Source: a virus
Lineage: Duplodnaviria > Heunggongvirae > Uroviricota > Caudoviricetes
IMG/VR virus record: IMGVR_UViG_3300012346_000220
Span: 19,826 to 83,825 of that record
Direction: 5' to 3' (one strand)
Length of the DNA stretch: 64,000 bases
In this document: in pieces, positions 55,417 through 64,000 of the stretch
Layout: each line of letters starts with the position of its first letter
Numbering within the stretch: the stretch's first letter is position 1
Made by a program: the position numbers and the translations under genes
The notes under the pieces: generated by a model
Seen by the model: only the letters and a program-made list of their open reading frames with translations
The model's database searches: none
Told to the model about the DNA's origin: nothing

Positions 55417-57582
55417 TTATGTCACAACAGCCGCATCCCAGCCGACACCCGTAAGTGAAAGCCAGTTTGTGCAGTTGGCCGTGCCGCCAGAAACCTCATT
55501 GACCTTCACATCTCCGTCAGTGCCAATCGTCACTGGAATTGCAATCTGCCCAGAACCTCCACGCCCTTGAGCAAGGCATCGTTTTACCTCTGAAGGCCAT
55601 GCCCACTGTGGCAACGTGCAAAGAATGTTGCTGGTGCCAGGTAAAACTAAGCCCTTCAAGTTGACCCGCCCCCCGGATAGGTCAACGCCAAAAATGTCGT
55701 TGCCACTAATCTGCGTCCAGCCGTTCTTTAATGCAGGGGCCAATCCGCCGTTTGTGGATGTGTAAGTTGGCTTGGAACTCCCAGCCTGGTCGCGCCAAAG
55801 CGATCCAAGTAGCAGCTTTGGAGTTCCAGTAATTCTGAACACACCATTGGTTACGTTTTGCGCTTTGAGGCAGGCGATATTTAAGTAAGCCTGACTTCCT
55901 ACCTCAATGGCAACGTCGCTCATGTTCACAGCTTCAACATTGCCCAACATCGTCTGACTAACGCCGTAAACCGAATTAACAACACCCTTAGCGTGATTGC
56001 GAAGCACGACGTTGGCACATTGAAATCGATCAACACGCAGCGTCCCACCAAGATTCAAGTTAATGCCTATGTTGGTGCCGCCAGTTACGCCATAACCATC
56101 CGTTTTGATAGAGCCAATCTGCACGTCAGAAAGGCTGAAACTACCAGCAACACCGACGCCAATCTGATAGCCGTATGCCTCAACAGAACCGATTTGAATT
56201 CGGTCAATAACATTGCCATCTGGGTTAAACTGCAAGCCATGCCCAGTAGTGGCAATAGCATGAGGTGACCAGCCAGATGGCCCAGATGCGTCAACAAAGA
56301 TTTTGCCTATTTGAATATCCACAGCCTGTGCTGTTGCTTGTGCGTCAGACTTGATGATTACGCCTTCACCGGCATTGCAAAAAGAAGTGAACTGTTCTGC
56401 TCGAACATTCTTGCATTTAATGACGATGCCGTGAGTACCATAGCAACCTAACATTTCGCCGGTGCAGACCACCCCCGAATATCCCTCACCAACGATCATT
56501 GCGTGCGTCAATGCGGACGGCGACATACAAAGACCAGCAATGTTGTGCAGCCGCACACCGTAGCGAATCTGCGCCGCCGCCTTGGCCACGTTGTCAGGAT
56601 AAGTACAAAGCAGGCCCTCCCCGGACAATCCGGGTGATGCGGCGCCACCGAAATAGGTGTTCATCACCGTGTGGCCGCTATCAACACCCAAGTCGCGGAA
56701 CTCGATGTTGTTGGCGTAGGCAATGATCTGCCCTTGGACGACAGTGCCGCCTTCCAGCTTTTTACAGTCGTTGGAAAGCTGGGGCATCTTCTCGCCAACA
56801 TATGACACATTGGCTTTTGAAAAATACACGGCATTCGCCGGGACACCAAATCCATATACGTGGTTGTTTGGCTTGTAGGTTCGGTTTGCCAACTTCACAA
56901 TGCCTCCTGTTGAAGGCAGCGCATTTGTCGCGTAGTTCAGACTGTTCTGAACGTCACCCCACCAATCTGGGCGAACCGGCAAACCGTTGGCAATCGTGAC
57001 TTGGCTCGTTGCCGAGAACATCTGGTTCAGCGTGTCAACAATAGGCGCGGTAATTGTTGTTGGCGTACCGATGTGCATCACCCCCGGAATCAACAAAGAA
57101 ACCTTTGCGGCCACGGCGGCTGCATTGGCGTTAAAAAGAGCAGTTGCATCGTTGGTGACACCATCAAGCGTTGCCCCAAAATCTTGGACGCTTACGCTCT
57201 CACGCATCTTATCCTGCGCCGTGCGATCAACCGCGCCAGTGCCTGCTTGCTGAAAGCCAACAAGTGCAGCGCCTTTTCCATTTATCGTGCTTGCAAGATC
57301 TGCTCTCAAATCCAAAGCATCAACACTTGCCCACTTTCCCGCTGCAAGGTCTGTCGCAAATGTTCCGGCTGTGTGACCAATCACACATACATAAGCCTCA
57401 CCGCTTTCAAGAATGTAATCACGGGGTTCGTATTGAGTGCCTGTTGTCCAATTGCCTCGGTTTTGCATCAATGAGGCAATGTCTTGGAATCGCTCATTGA
57501 TCTTAATGAAAGCGTCTCGCAGCTTGTCGCCTTGCCCATCATCGGGGGCAGTGGATACGTAAACTGGTGTTTGAATTGTCAT
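55417..57582 (-). CDS. Tail fibre / tailspike protein (beta-helix-like)
   Basis: 721 aa, Gly/Asn/Thr-rich with repeated G..G..N segments. Lies downstream of the host-specificity gene. Confidence 0.55.
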   Translation of the reverse strand: MTIQTPVYVSTAPDDGQGDKLRDAFIKINERFQDIASLMQNRGNWTTGTQYEPRDYILESGEAYVCVIGHTAGTFATDLAAGKWASVDALDLRADLASTINGKGAALVGFQQAGTGAVDRTAQDKMRESVSVQDFGATLDGVTNDATALFNANAAAVAAKVSLLIPGVMHIGTPTTITAPIVDTLNQMFSATSQVTIANGLPVRPDWWGDVQNSLNYATNALPSTGGIVKLANRTYKPNNHVYGFGVPANAVYFSKANVSYVGEKMPQLSNDCKKLEGGTVVQGQIIAYANNIEFRDLGVDSGHTVMNTYFGGAASPGLSGEGLLCTYPDNVAKAAAQIRYGVRLHNIAGLCMSPSALTHAMIVGEGYSGVVCTGEMLGCYGTHGIVIKCKNVRAEQFTSFCNAGEGVIIKSDAQATAQAVDIQIGKIFVDASGPSGWSPHAIATTGHGLQFNPDGNVIDRIQIGSVEAYGYQIGVGVAGSFSLSDVQIGSIKTDGYGVTGGTNIGINLNLGGTLRVDRFQCANVVLRNHAKGVVNSVYGVSQTMLGNVEAVNMSDVAIEVGSQAYLNIACLKAQNVTNGVFRITGTPKLLLGSLWRDQAGSSKPTYTSTNGGLAPALKNGWTQISGNDIFGVDLSGGRVNLKGLVLPGTSNILCTLPQWAWPSEVKRCLAQGRGGSGQIAIPVTIGTDGDVKVNEVSGGTANCTNWLSLTGVGWDAAVVT

Positions 57583-59618
57583 GATGCTGTACCTGCGTAT
57601 GTTTTTGCCGAAGTGTTGCCTGATCTATCGAGAGACTGCACCCAATAGTGTCGAGTGCCTGTGACCGTGTTTGTTGTTTGGTATTGAGTTGCCGGAATAC
57701 CAAAGACAGTGGTTAGCTGTGTGGATGTTGTCGAATCGTTCACAGTATTAACCCAAACAATAGACCTGAGAATATCAAGATCGGTCGGAGTTGTCCATGT
57801 AATTGTATGGGTTCCTGTTCCCGTTACCGATAGGTTTGTTGGTGGGCCTGGGGGTGTTGTATCGCCTGAAACTGTGGTGTTCAAAAATTCAGCCCACTCA
57901 CCAGCAGAATCATCCTCTGCAATAACCCTGACTATTACGTCATATGCAACGTTGATTGGGATGTTTGCTTGTTGCCATTTTGGAGTCGTAGTAATTGCAC
58001 TTTGATAATCAGTAAGTGATGATTCTTTCCACTGGACTTCGTAATGCTTAATTTGTGCAAAAACTGTAGCATCCCATGTCGCTGATAAAGCAGGAACAAA
58101 ATCAGGAAACTCAGCATCCCCAATATTTATTGGAAATCCAGAAACAACCAAATCATCCACGGCTTGAGGGAAGCGGTTAAAGTTTGGCCGTATTACTTCA
58201 GTCGGGATTGTTTCGTCCGCTGTTGACCATGCAAAATCACTTGCCAAATGAGGAACAAGCGACATATCAATGCCGCCCTCATCGGAAAAGTTGTATTGCG
58301 TAATCAAATAAGTGCCAGTCGCACCGACTTCAGGCAGGTCAATGGTTACGGTGTCGTACAGTCTCCACTGGAATACCGAGTAATTACATTGCAAAACCAG
58401 AGGAACCGATGAACGTGATTGGTTCATTGCCAGCCGTGCAAGCCTCTGAGCCTGAGCGCCAATGGTCACGCCGGGGAAGTCTAGGGATTGGACAATCTCA
58501 CCCGCTTCATCAATGACCGCCTGAGCCAATTGGATTTGTGGAATCTCGCTAGTCTGCCAATCTTGTTTGGGTTCGCGGTAGGTAGCACGAACCGTGTTTA
58601 TCAGTTGCTGTCTGCCAGGGTGCGTCCTGAATGTTGGATCACCTCGCAGATGTTCTTTGTTGATCGTTCCTGTTGGCGCTCTCCATGCACCAGCGTAAAA
58701 ACGATACTTGCCACCGCTGAAAATCAACTTACCTCCGCAAGCCTTTTCGACTTGTTCAACCAAGTTGGCAGGGTTTGCGCTTGTCTCCAAAGCCCCGTTG
58801 AAGGTGTAACGGCGAACCTTGTTTGGCACTCCGTTGACTTCGTTAAGAGGGTCAAGGCTGTCTAAGATTTCATCACAGATTGAAGCCGCTGCCGAAAAGG
58901 TGTCAAAGTCAATCCACTCATCAGGCGCTGCATAACCGTACTCTGAACGAATCAGGTCAAGCATGATAAGGGCAGGGTTTGCGCTGTACTGAGTCGTGTT
59001 GGTGCGTGGGTCAAATAGCTTTCGACCCTTGACTTTAAAGACAGGAAAAACCAAACCTCGGGGGAAGGCGTTTCGATCCCATTTGAATTTTGTGATGGCA
59101 TAAGCAACACCAGTGCCTATCTCATTTTCAGTCCACTCGCCATTTGATGCGTCAATCAAATCAGTGTCAGCGGTTTGGCCTGGGCCTCCTAGCTTGGCAG
59201 TCAGTGTCAACAAACCGTCAAATTTTGCATCAGTGCTGAGTTCATCGGCCAACCAAAAGACAGGATCAACAGATTCAATCGGGCCTTCACCCAGATAAAC
59301 AGCAAGCCAAACATATTCCCCGTCTTCGGATTGTGCTGGATACACCAACACGCCGCCTAATTTGGACTCGCCATAAATCAAACGCCGTGCAGCGGCTGAC
59401 TGTCTAACCGTTGTATTAAGCCGCCTTGTCTCAATTGCACCACCAGCACCGCCTGCCCCGTCTGACAATGCTTTTGTACCAACAGCGGTAACAACCCCTG
59501 CAACGACCGCACCAATTACAGCCGAACCCACCGCACCCGCAAACAAAGTAAATGCGGCATATTCAGCAGCAGCAGCGCCAGCGTATGCGGCTGCACCAGC
59601 AATAGCGAGTTGAGGCAT
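57579..59618 (-). CDS. Host-specificity / central tail protein (J-like, short form) with FN3-like C-terminal region
   Basis: N-terminal hydrophobic A/G-rich segment and a conserved tail-protein core. C-terminal PPGPPTNLSVTGTGTHTITWT, an FN3-like repeat. Confidence 0.55.
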   Translation of the reverse strand: MPQLAIAGAAAYAGAAAAEYAAFTLFAGAVGSAVIGAVVAGVVTAVGTKALSDGAGGAGGAIETRRLNTTVRQSAAARRLIYGESKLGGVLVYPAQSEDGEYVWLAVYLGEGPIESVDPVFWLADELSTDAKFDGLLTLTAKLGGPGQTADTDLIDASNGEWTENEIGTGVAYAITKFKWDRNAFPRGLVFPVFKVKGRKLFDPRTNTTQYSANPALIMLDLIRSEYGYAAPDEWIDFDTFSAAASICDEILDSLDPLNEVNGVPNKVRRYTFNGALETSANPANLVEQVEKACGGKLIFSGGKYRFYAGAWRAPTGTINKEHLRGDPTFRTHPGRQQLINTVRATYREPKQDWQTSEIPQIQLAQAVIDEAGEIVQSLDFPGVTIGAQAQRLARLAMNQSRSSVPLVLQCNYSVFQWRLYDTVTIDLPEVGATGTYLITQYNFSDEGGIDMSLVPHLASDFAWSTADETIPTEVIRPNFNRFPQAVDDLVVSGFPINIGDAEFPDFVPALSATWDATVFAQIKHYEVQWKESSLTDYQSAITTTPKWQQANIPINVAYDVIVRVIAEDDSAGEWAEFLNTTVSGDTTPPGPPTNLSVTGTGTHTITWTTPTDLDILRSIVWVNTVNDSTTSTQLTTVFGIPATQYQTTNTVTGTRHYWVQSLDRSGNTSAKTYAGTAS

Positions 59619-60007
59619 TACCTAACCCCCCAAACTGAAATCCAGTCTTCTTTCGGGACTACCCAAAGACCTAAATTTGTGGGCATATGTGCGCCTAGCC
59701 CCGTAAAAATTGCGAGAGCGTTTTGGAATACACCGGGATGTTTGACCAAGATCACATCTCCGCGCATTGGATACGGTTGCTCAGATAATCCAGCATTGCC
59801 AAGCGCATCAATCAACCCTCCCATGTCTCGCAAAACCCGGATGGCTTCGCGCTCTGTTTTGTAAGGCGTGATTTTAACCTCTAGGCCGTGCAAAGACCTA
59901 ACCGCATCAGCAGCAAATTGGCAACAGTCAAAAGACCCATATTCAAAGGGTTTATCTTTCCATTTGCTCAAAAGGGCTTCGATCTTTTCATCCATCACTT
60001 GCCCCAT
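59618..60007 (-). CDS. Tail-associated NlpC/P60 cell-wall peptidase
   Basis: Catalytic Cys context FEYGSFDCCQFAADAV. Confidence 0.65.
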   Translation of the reverse strand: MGQVMDEKIEALLSKWKDKPFEYGSFDCCQFAADAVRSLHGLEVKITPYKTEREAIRVLRDMGGLIDALGNAGLSEQPYPMRGDVILVKHPGVFQNALAIFTGLGAHMPTNLGLWVVPKEDWISVWGVR

Positions 60008-60543
60008 GTCAGCGTCTGGTTTTCCATTGCGCTCACGTATTTGAAAAACCCGTCTGTCGGGTGTCTCGCTCTGTGGTCAGCATCGGTGCATCGCCTAATT
60101 CGTGGGCGCTCCCAATCCACTTGAATGCCTTCGCAGGTAACGCGAACAAACGTATTTGAACCCGCGCTAACGTCTTGAGTGTCCATGCGTCCGACAGTGA
60201 TTATTTCCGTACCAATCACTCGGTATTGGTTATCGCAAAACCCCAAACGAACCGTGACCATTCGGCCTTGGACGGGTTGACCTCTAAGGTATTCAGCCCA
60301 ATTGCCTGGGATGCCGGAAAGGTCAACCGTGAAACCGTAAGAGCGATTTTCAGAGCCTTCTTCCAATCCTGAAATCGTGCCCATTGCCCCGGCTGCGTAA
60401 TAGGTTTCCCCGTCTATCGTTACGTTACGGTCAAGCGAACAAAGCCGAACAGGGCCATCAAGGTAGTCCATCTCCACCGCCATGAATGGTCGGACAACAG
60501 CATCAGCCGAAGCTGCAATAAGGGCAGCACTCGCTGGCCTCAT
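59995..60543 (-). CDS. Distal tail protein (DUF2163 / BR0599-like, GTA g13-like)
   Basis: Gene order TMP - 250 aa - 182 aa - NlpC/P60 - host specificity matches the GTA-type tail module. Family assignment is from memory. Confidence 0.45.
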   Translation of the reverse strand: MRPASAALIAASADAVVRPFMAVEMDYLDGPVRLCSLDRNVTIDGETYYAAGAMGTISGLEEGSENRSYGFTVDLSGIPGNWAEYLRGQPVQGRMVTVRLGFCDNQYRVIGTEIITVGRMDTQDVSAGSNTFVRVTCEGIQVDWERPRIRRCTDADHRARHPTDGFFKYVSAMENQTLTWGK

Positions 60544-61292
60544 ACCGTCACCTCAAGCGGGAATGTTTGCATCGCGGCAATGGTGAACGAACCCTTGTTC
60601 ATAGCTTTCCTGACCGCGCCTTGTCCATCATCAACAAGTTTAAAAATGCCCGATGGCGAATGAACGTGCATGGCCGTGCTCGATATTGGCAAGTAGCGCA
60701 TTGGGGGTTCTACGGTCAAAGTAGTGGCCCCCGATGTGTTGGTCATTTCGGTGACGATGTGAAGGTGTCTCCATCCTGTTGGATCGTCCCATGAAATGTA
60801 AGAGCCAATCTCTAACGGGTATCTCCGGCTGTTCAGGAAAAGGAACCCATTGATCGTCACGTTGTCAGGGCTTGATGTGACTGTGAAAACCGTTTCCATT
60901 TGGATCTCGGTTGTATCGGCTGTGATCTCGGTGGTGTCCGCTGAAAACTTTGTCGTGTCAACCGTAAAAGGCAGGATGGTCACACGCTCAGGCTGCAAGA
61001 CATCAGGGGGCGCATAACGGCAGCAATAAGCCGGGAAAATGAACCGACCAGCCTGGCCCCTTAGCTTTGCAACAAACGCTCTGAATTCGCCTAGTTTCTT
61101 TCCGTCAATTGGCGGGTAGCTTGCTTGGACATCAAACAAAGCACCAGCCATATCAACAGTCTGGGTATTGCGCGTAAAGGGACTAGAGAAAGTCGATGTA
61201 TTTGCCAATAGGTGAAACGTCTGATCTACCGACTTTAAACCAGTAGGCCATTTTTCAATCGGCAAACCTCTTGCGGTAAAAGTAGTCATCAA
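60540..61292 (-). CDS. Distal tail protein (DUF2460-like, GTA g12-like)
   Basis: Position immediately after the tape measure. ATGA-coupled. Confidence 0.4.
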   Translation of the reverse strand: MMTTFTARGLPIEKWPTGLKSVDQTFHLLANTSTFSSPFTRNTQTVDMAGALFDVQASYPPIDGKKLGEFRAFVAKLRGQAGRFIFPAYCCRYAPPDVLQPERVTILPFTVDTTKFSADTTEITADTTEIQMETVFTVTSSPDNVTINGFLFLNSRRYPLEIGSYISWDDPTGWRHLHIVTEMTNTSGATTLTVEPPMRYLPISSTAMHVHSPSGIFKLVDDGQGAVRKAMNKGSFTIAAMQTFPLEVTV

Positions 61293-63247
61293 GCCCTCCC
61301 CACCGCACGGGCGAACGAACCGCCCCGGTTTGCTTTTGCCTGCACTTCGGCAAGCGTTTCGGCTTTAGTTTGTCGCATGGCTTGCATGATCCTTTGTTCA
61401 ACCCCTGCATCAGCGCCTCGGGCATCGATGCTGATCGTTTGATTGATTGTCGCACCGCCTGAGTTTGGTGTGATGCTTCCATTGCTCATAGGTGTAAAGA
61501 GTTCAGGGCCGCGCTCGCCTACCATGTAAGACCTACCCCCCATCACATCGCCGCCGATAGCTTTGCCACCGCTAAAAATGTTTGAGAAACCAGAGCCGAT
61601 AGCATTTGCCAAAGGCTCAGTAACAGCACGGCGCACAATGATTCGCAAAATGTCTTGCTCCAAACCTTTCAGGACTTCGCTAAAACCTTTTCCTCCAACA
61701 ATGGCATCCTCAAAGGCAGAGCTAAAAGACAAGCCCAATTCATCAGCAAAGTTCTTGCCTTTTTCAACTTCCTCTTTAACCTCTTTGAGTGCCTCGCCTG
61801 TCAATCCAAGGGCTTTGGATGATGCTTGTTCGTATTCATCCCAAGACAAACGGCCAGCCTCAACAGCTTCAAACAGTTTATTGATTTCAGCCGTTTGAGC
61901 CGCCGCCTTGCCTTCAAGTGTTGATTCTTTGACAGTCTTAATCCAACGGTCGTATTCTTCACGTGCCTTTTGTATGGCTTCGTTTTCTGCCTCGACTGCC
62001 AAGCCACCTTGGATAGATGCTTCGCGCTTGAGTTGCAAAAGTTCTTCTTGTAGTTTCTTTTCTGCCCTAAGTTCTTCGTCACGCTCTTTTTGCAAAATCC
62101 TTGCACGATCTTTGGCCGCTTTCTCAGCCGCTGCTATGTCTTTGGCGTTTTGAGTGCTTGCAAGTCTTGGCCCTAATGTTGGAGCAATTGCATTTGATCC
62201 ACTTGCATCGTTAGCGGCCCCTTTAAGGGCAGCACTTGTTTTTGCGGCATCTGCTTGAAGCCTTGAGTATTGATCTCGTAAAGTTTTAACACGATCAGAA
62301 GCACCAGCCACCCCGCGATCAGCAAGGTTTTGGAATGTTTCTATTTGCTTTACTGTTAATGCAATGGCGTTGGCATTTGCTTTTGCTTGTTTTTCAAGCT
62401 CGCCAATTTCATCAACACCCAGCGTCCTTGCTATGGCTGCGCCAAAAGTAATTAGTGCCGCCTCAGCAAATCCAACATCAGCCGCAACTTTTAAAAAATA
62501 AGTCGATGTGTTTGCAAGGGATTCAATAAGAGGGCCACCAAGCTCTCTTGCTATGGCAGATGATGCCAATCCAAGTCTATCCAAATTTACCGATAACTCT
62601 TTGGCCTTGGCAATAGCTTCTTTATCCATGACAAAACCAAGGCGCTCGGCCTCGTCTGCCATCTTTGCAAAACCTTCGCCATTTTTGTTGAGCAAAGGAA
62701 GCAAGGCCGTTGCATCGCTTGCAATAGCCTCCATGAAAAAGACCATCTCGTTTTGTGAGACGTTTGCTTTTTCAAGGCTTGACACGTAAAGCTGCAAAGC
62801 ATCTTTGCCGCTTAGGTTCCTGAACTGCTCAGCCGTCACCCCAACTTTTGCGGCAATATTTTCAAAGAAATCAGCTAAAGGGCCACCGCCAGTTTGAAGG
62901 AAGTCGCCTACCTTATCTTGCACATCCTTGAAAATGTCCGCAAGCTTTTCGGTTGATATTCCTAGGCTTGTTGCTGCATATCCATAAGCCTGCAACTCCT
63001 CAGCACCAACCCCGGCAATTTTGCTTAGATTGTCAATCTCTTTTGCATAATCGGCTGTAGCTTTAATGCTGCTTACAAACAAAGCACCAATACCAATTGA
63101 ACCAATCGCCGTTGCTGCTTGCTGGAATTGCTTGGTTAGTCTGTCAGCGGTTTTCTTTGCTTCATACTCAGACTTTGTGAGTCCGCGCATATATTCAGCG
63201 GCATCCAAGCCAAGCGATACGGTTAAAGCTCCTAAGTTATTCGCCAT
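61289..63247 (-). CDS. Tail tape measure protein
   Basis: 652 aa, long alpha-helical A/K/E-rich with a Gly-rich C-terminal segment. Flanked by the chaperone pair and the distal tail genes. Confidence 0.75.
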   Translation of the reverse strand: MANNLGALTVSLGLDAAEYMRGLTKSEYEAKKTADRLTKQFQQAATAIGSIGIGALFVSSIKATADYAKEIDNLSKIAGVGAEELQAYGYAATSLGISTEKLADIFKDVQDKVGDFLQTGGGPLADFFENIAAKVGVTAEQFRNLSGKDALQLYVSSLEKANVSQNEMVFFMEAIASDATALLPLLNKNGEGFAKMADEAERLGFVMDKEAIAKAKELSVNLDRLGLASSAIARELGGPLIESLANTSTYFLKVAADVGFAEAALITFGAAIARTLGVDEIGELEKQAKANANAIALTVKQIETFQNLADRGVAGASDRVKTLRDQYSRLQADAAKTSAALKGAANDASGSNAIAPTLGPRLASTQNAKDIAAAEKAAKDRARILQKERDEELRAEKKLQEELLQLKREASIQGGLAVEAENEAIQKAREEYDRWIKTVKESTLEGKAAAQTAEINKLFEAVEAGRLSWDEYEQASSKALGLTGEALKEVKEEVEKGKNFADELGLSFSSAFEDAIVGGKGFSEVLKGLEQDILRIIVRRAVTEPLANAIGSGFSNIFSGGKAIGGDVMGGRSYMVGERGPELFTPMSNGSITPNSGGATINQTISIDARGADAGVEQRIMQAMRQTKAETLAEVQAKANRGGSFARAVGRA

Positions 63248-63536
63248 CGCCGCCTCGCTTGTTTATCGGGTTGAAACCAAAATACTCTGCCACTTCTTCA
63301 CCACTAATTTCTTCCTCCTCGACATAATCTAATAGGTAGTCTGCCAGCTTTGCATTTTTTGCACCGCCCATGTATGCGTCCATGTACATACACAAACGGG
63401 CAAGCATAATCTCAAGCCTTCGCTGAGGTAGCAAACGGCGCTGCGAGTAGAGGTGCATCATGTGCAAATCTGCCTCGGGCATTTCCGCCGCTAACTCATT
63501 TGGTAATTTCCCAAATTCAAAAGACAGGTCGATCAA
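63237..63536 (-). CDS. Tail assembly chaperone frameshift extension (T-like ORF; expressed by -1 frameshift from 63554..63871)
   Basis: The -1 frame read from the slippery site is continuous into this ORF (KKRLTGRQEFLIDLSFEFGKL...). The ORF-track 'M' is a TTG. Confidence 0.55.
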   Translation of the reverse strand: MIDLSFEFGKLPNELAAEMPEADLHMMHLYSQRRLLPQRRLEIMLARLCMYMDAYMGGAKNAKLADYLLDYVEEEEISGEEVAEYFGFNPINKRGGDGE

Positions 63537-63553
63537 GAATTCTTGCCGACCTG

Positions 63554-63871
63554 TCAGTCGTTTTTTGGATCACCTGCTTTTTCAATAGCTGCACGAATGG
63601 CGGTCAATTGCGCCCACGGTTGGGATGCAATCAATTCCACATCAGCCGTGCTGCCAGGGTCAAGCAAACGAACGCCATCAGCATCACACAAAGCACGGGC
63701 AATGCCTCGGGCAATGCTTCGCTTGTCGTCTGTGTTTTTGCCAATCTGTTCTTCAATCTCGGCAACTGTTGGGGGTCGGACATAGACCTTGCCCCATACA
63801 GGGACATCAACTGCGGTTGGCTTAATGGCCGCTGTTTGGGCCATCAGTTTGAGTAGTTTTGACTTGTCCAT
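63554..63871 (-). CDS. Tail assembly chaperone (G-like)
   Basis: Start ATG 63871 overlaps the stop of an upstream gene (TGATG). Ends with CCA AAA AAC GAC TGA. Confidence 0.5.
   Translation of the reverse strand: MDKSKLLKLMAQTAAIKPTAVDVPVWGKVYVRPPTVAEIEEQIGKNTDDKRSIARGIARALCDADGVRLLDPGSTADVELIASQPWAQLTAIRAAIEKAGDPKND
63560..63566 (-). other. Programmed -1 ribosomal frameshift slippery heptamer A_AAA_AAC
   Basis: In-frame CC[A AAA AAC] three codons before the stop. Shifting -1 gives a continuous frame into 63237..63536. Confidence 0.6.
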
Positions 63872-64000
63872 CAGACCGCCAAATCTACGCGCTCGACTGT
63901 ACGGCGGATCGTTGCAGAGCCAGTCCACACACCGCCCGCTGTCGATGCGTTGCCGATCTGAGTGACCACACCAACATCATGGATCACGCCGCCGCTATTT
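63871..64000 (-). CDS. 3' end of an upstream tail gene (partial; likely major tail protein or similar) entering from beyond the window
   Basis: Open frame from the window edge ending at TGA 63873..63871. Confidence 0.3.
   Translation of the reverse strand, partial: NSGGVIHDVGVVTQIGNASTAGGVWTGSATIRRTVERVDLAV

Noticed and set aside
1-64000. CRISPR arrays, tRNA/rRNA genes, reverse transcriptase or DGR template/variable repeats, integrase and terminase
   Set aside because: No spacer-repeat periodicity, no cloverleaf-like ORF-free stretches and no RT (YxDD) motif were found in any listed ORF. Terminase, portal and integrase are presumably outside the window.

Overview
This window is a gene-dense, ORF-packed stretch of tailed-phage or prophage DNA. 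It has almost no non-coding space, and many genes are coupled by ATGA/TTGA stop-start overlaps. No rRNA, tRNA or CRISPR array was recognised.

Layout:
(i) 1..26964, + strand. A virion-structural block starting inside a capsid-like gene that enters at the window edge. After the capsid-like gene there is a tandem hairpin and intrinsic terminator. The block then contains a family of small Lys-rich proteins, a GIY-YIG homing endonuclease, a tandem-repeat fibrous protein, tail-fibre genes, an embedded lysis cassette ending in a GH24 lysozyme, several very large low-complexity proteins, and a 2217-aa giant ORF.
(ii) 27103..49980, one long - strand replication and early operon, convergent with (i). 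It encodes a prim-pol/SF3 helicase, an HTH plus SPFH-lipoprotein accessory module, a DUF2815-like SSB, an SNF2 helicase, two HNH endonucleases, a Cas4-like nuclease, family-A DNA polymerase and a VRR-NUC nuclease. These are followed by a chain of tiny translationally coupled genes that include paralog pairs and a glutaredoxin. Further along are a third HNH, a NinG-like gene, a compact C5 methyltransferase, a DnaB-like helicase and a replisome organiser.
(iii) 49981..50296, a divergent regulatory region containing palindromes and a terminator or attenuator placed just before the first + strand start codon.
(iv) 50297..53664, + strand. An ERF annealase, a PD-(D/E)XK exonuclease, a small SSB-like protein and small regulators.
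(v) 53761..64000, - strand. A late block with an M15 endolysin, holin-like and lipoprotein lysis genes, a tail fibre, a GTA-like distal tail module (host-specificity protein, NlpC/P60, DUF2163-like, DUF2460-like), a tape measure, and a G/GT-type chaperone pair with a clear -1 slippery site.

The window holds two lysis cassettes and two replication or recombination toolkits. Base composition is heterogeneous: hand counts give roughly 55-65% GC up to about 43.4 kb and 35-50% GC after it. This points to a mosaic genome, or to two juxtaposed elements joined inside one continuous minus-strand operon.

Most interesting candidates:
- the 2217-aa coiled-coil giant with a zincin-like HExxH motif;
- the phage-borne SPFH module;
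- a 31-bp exact repeat that marks the compositional junction;
- duplicated small acidic proteins, one of them coupled to the polymerase;
- the structured leader upstream of the early + strand operon.
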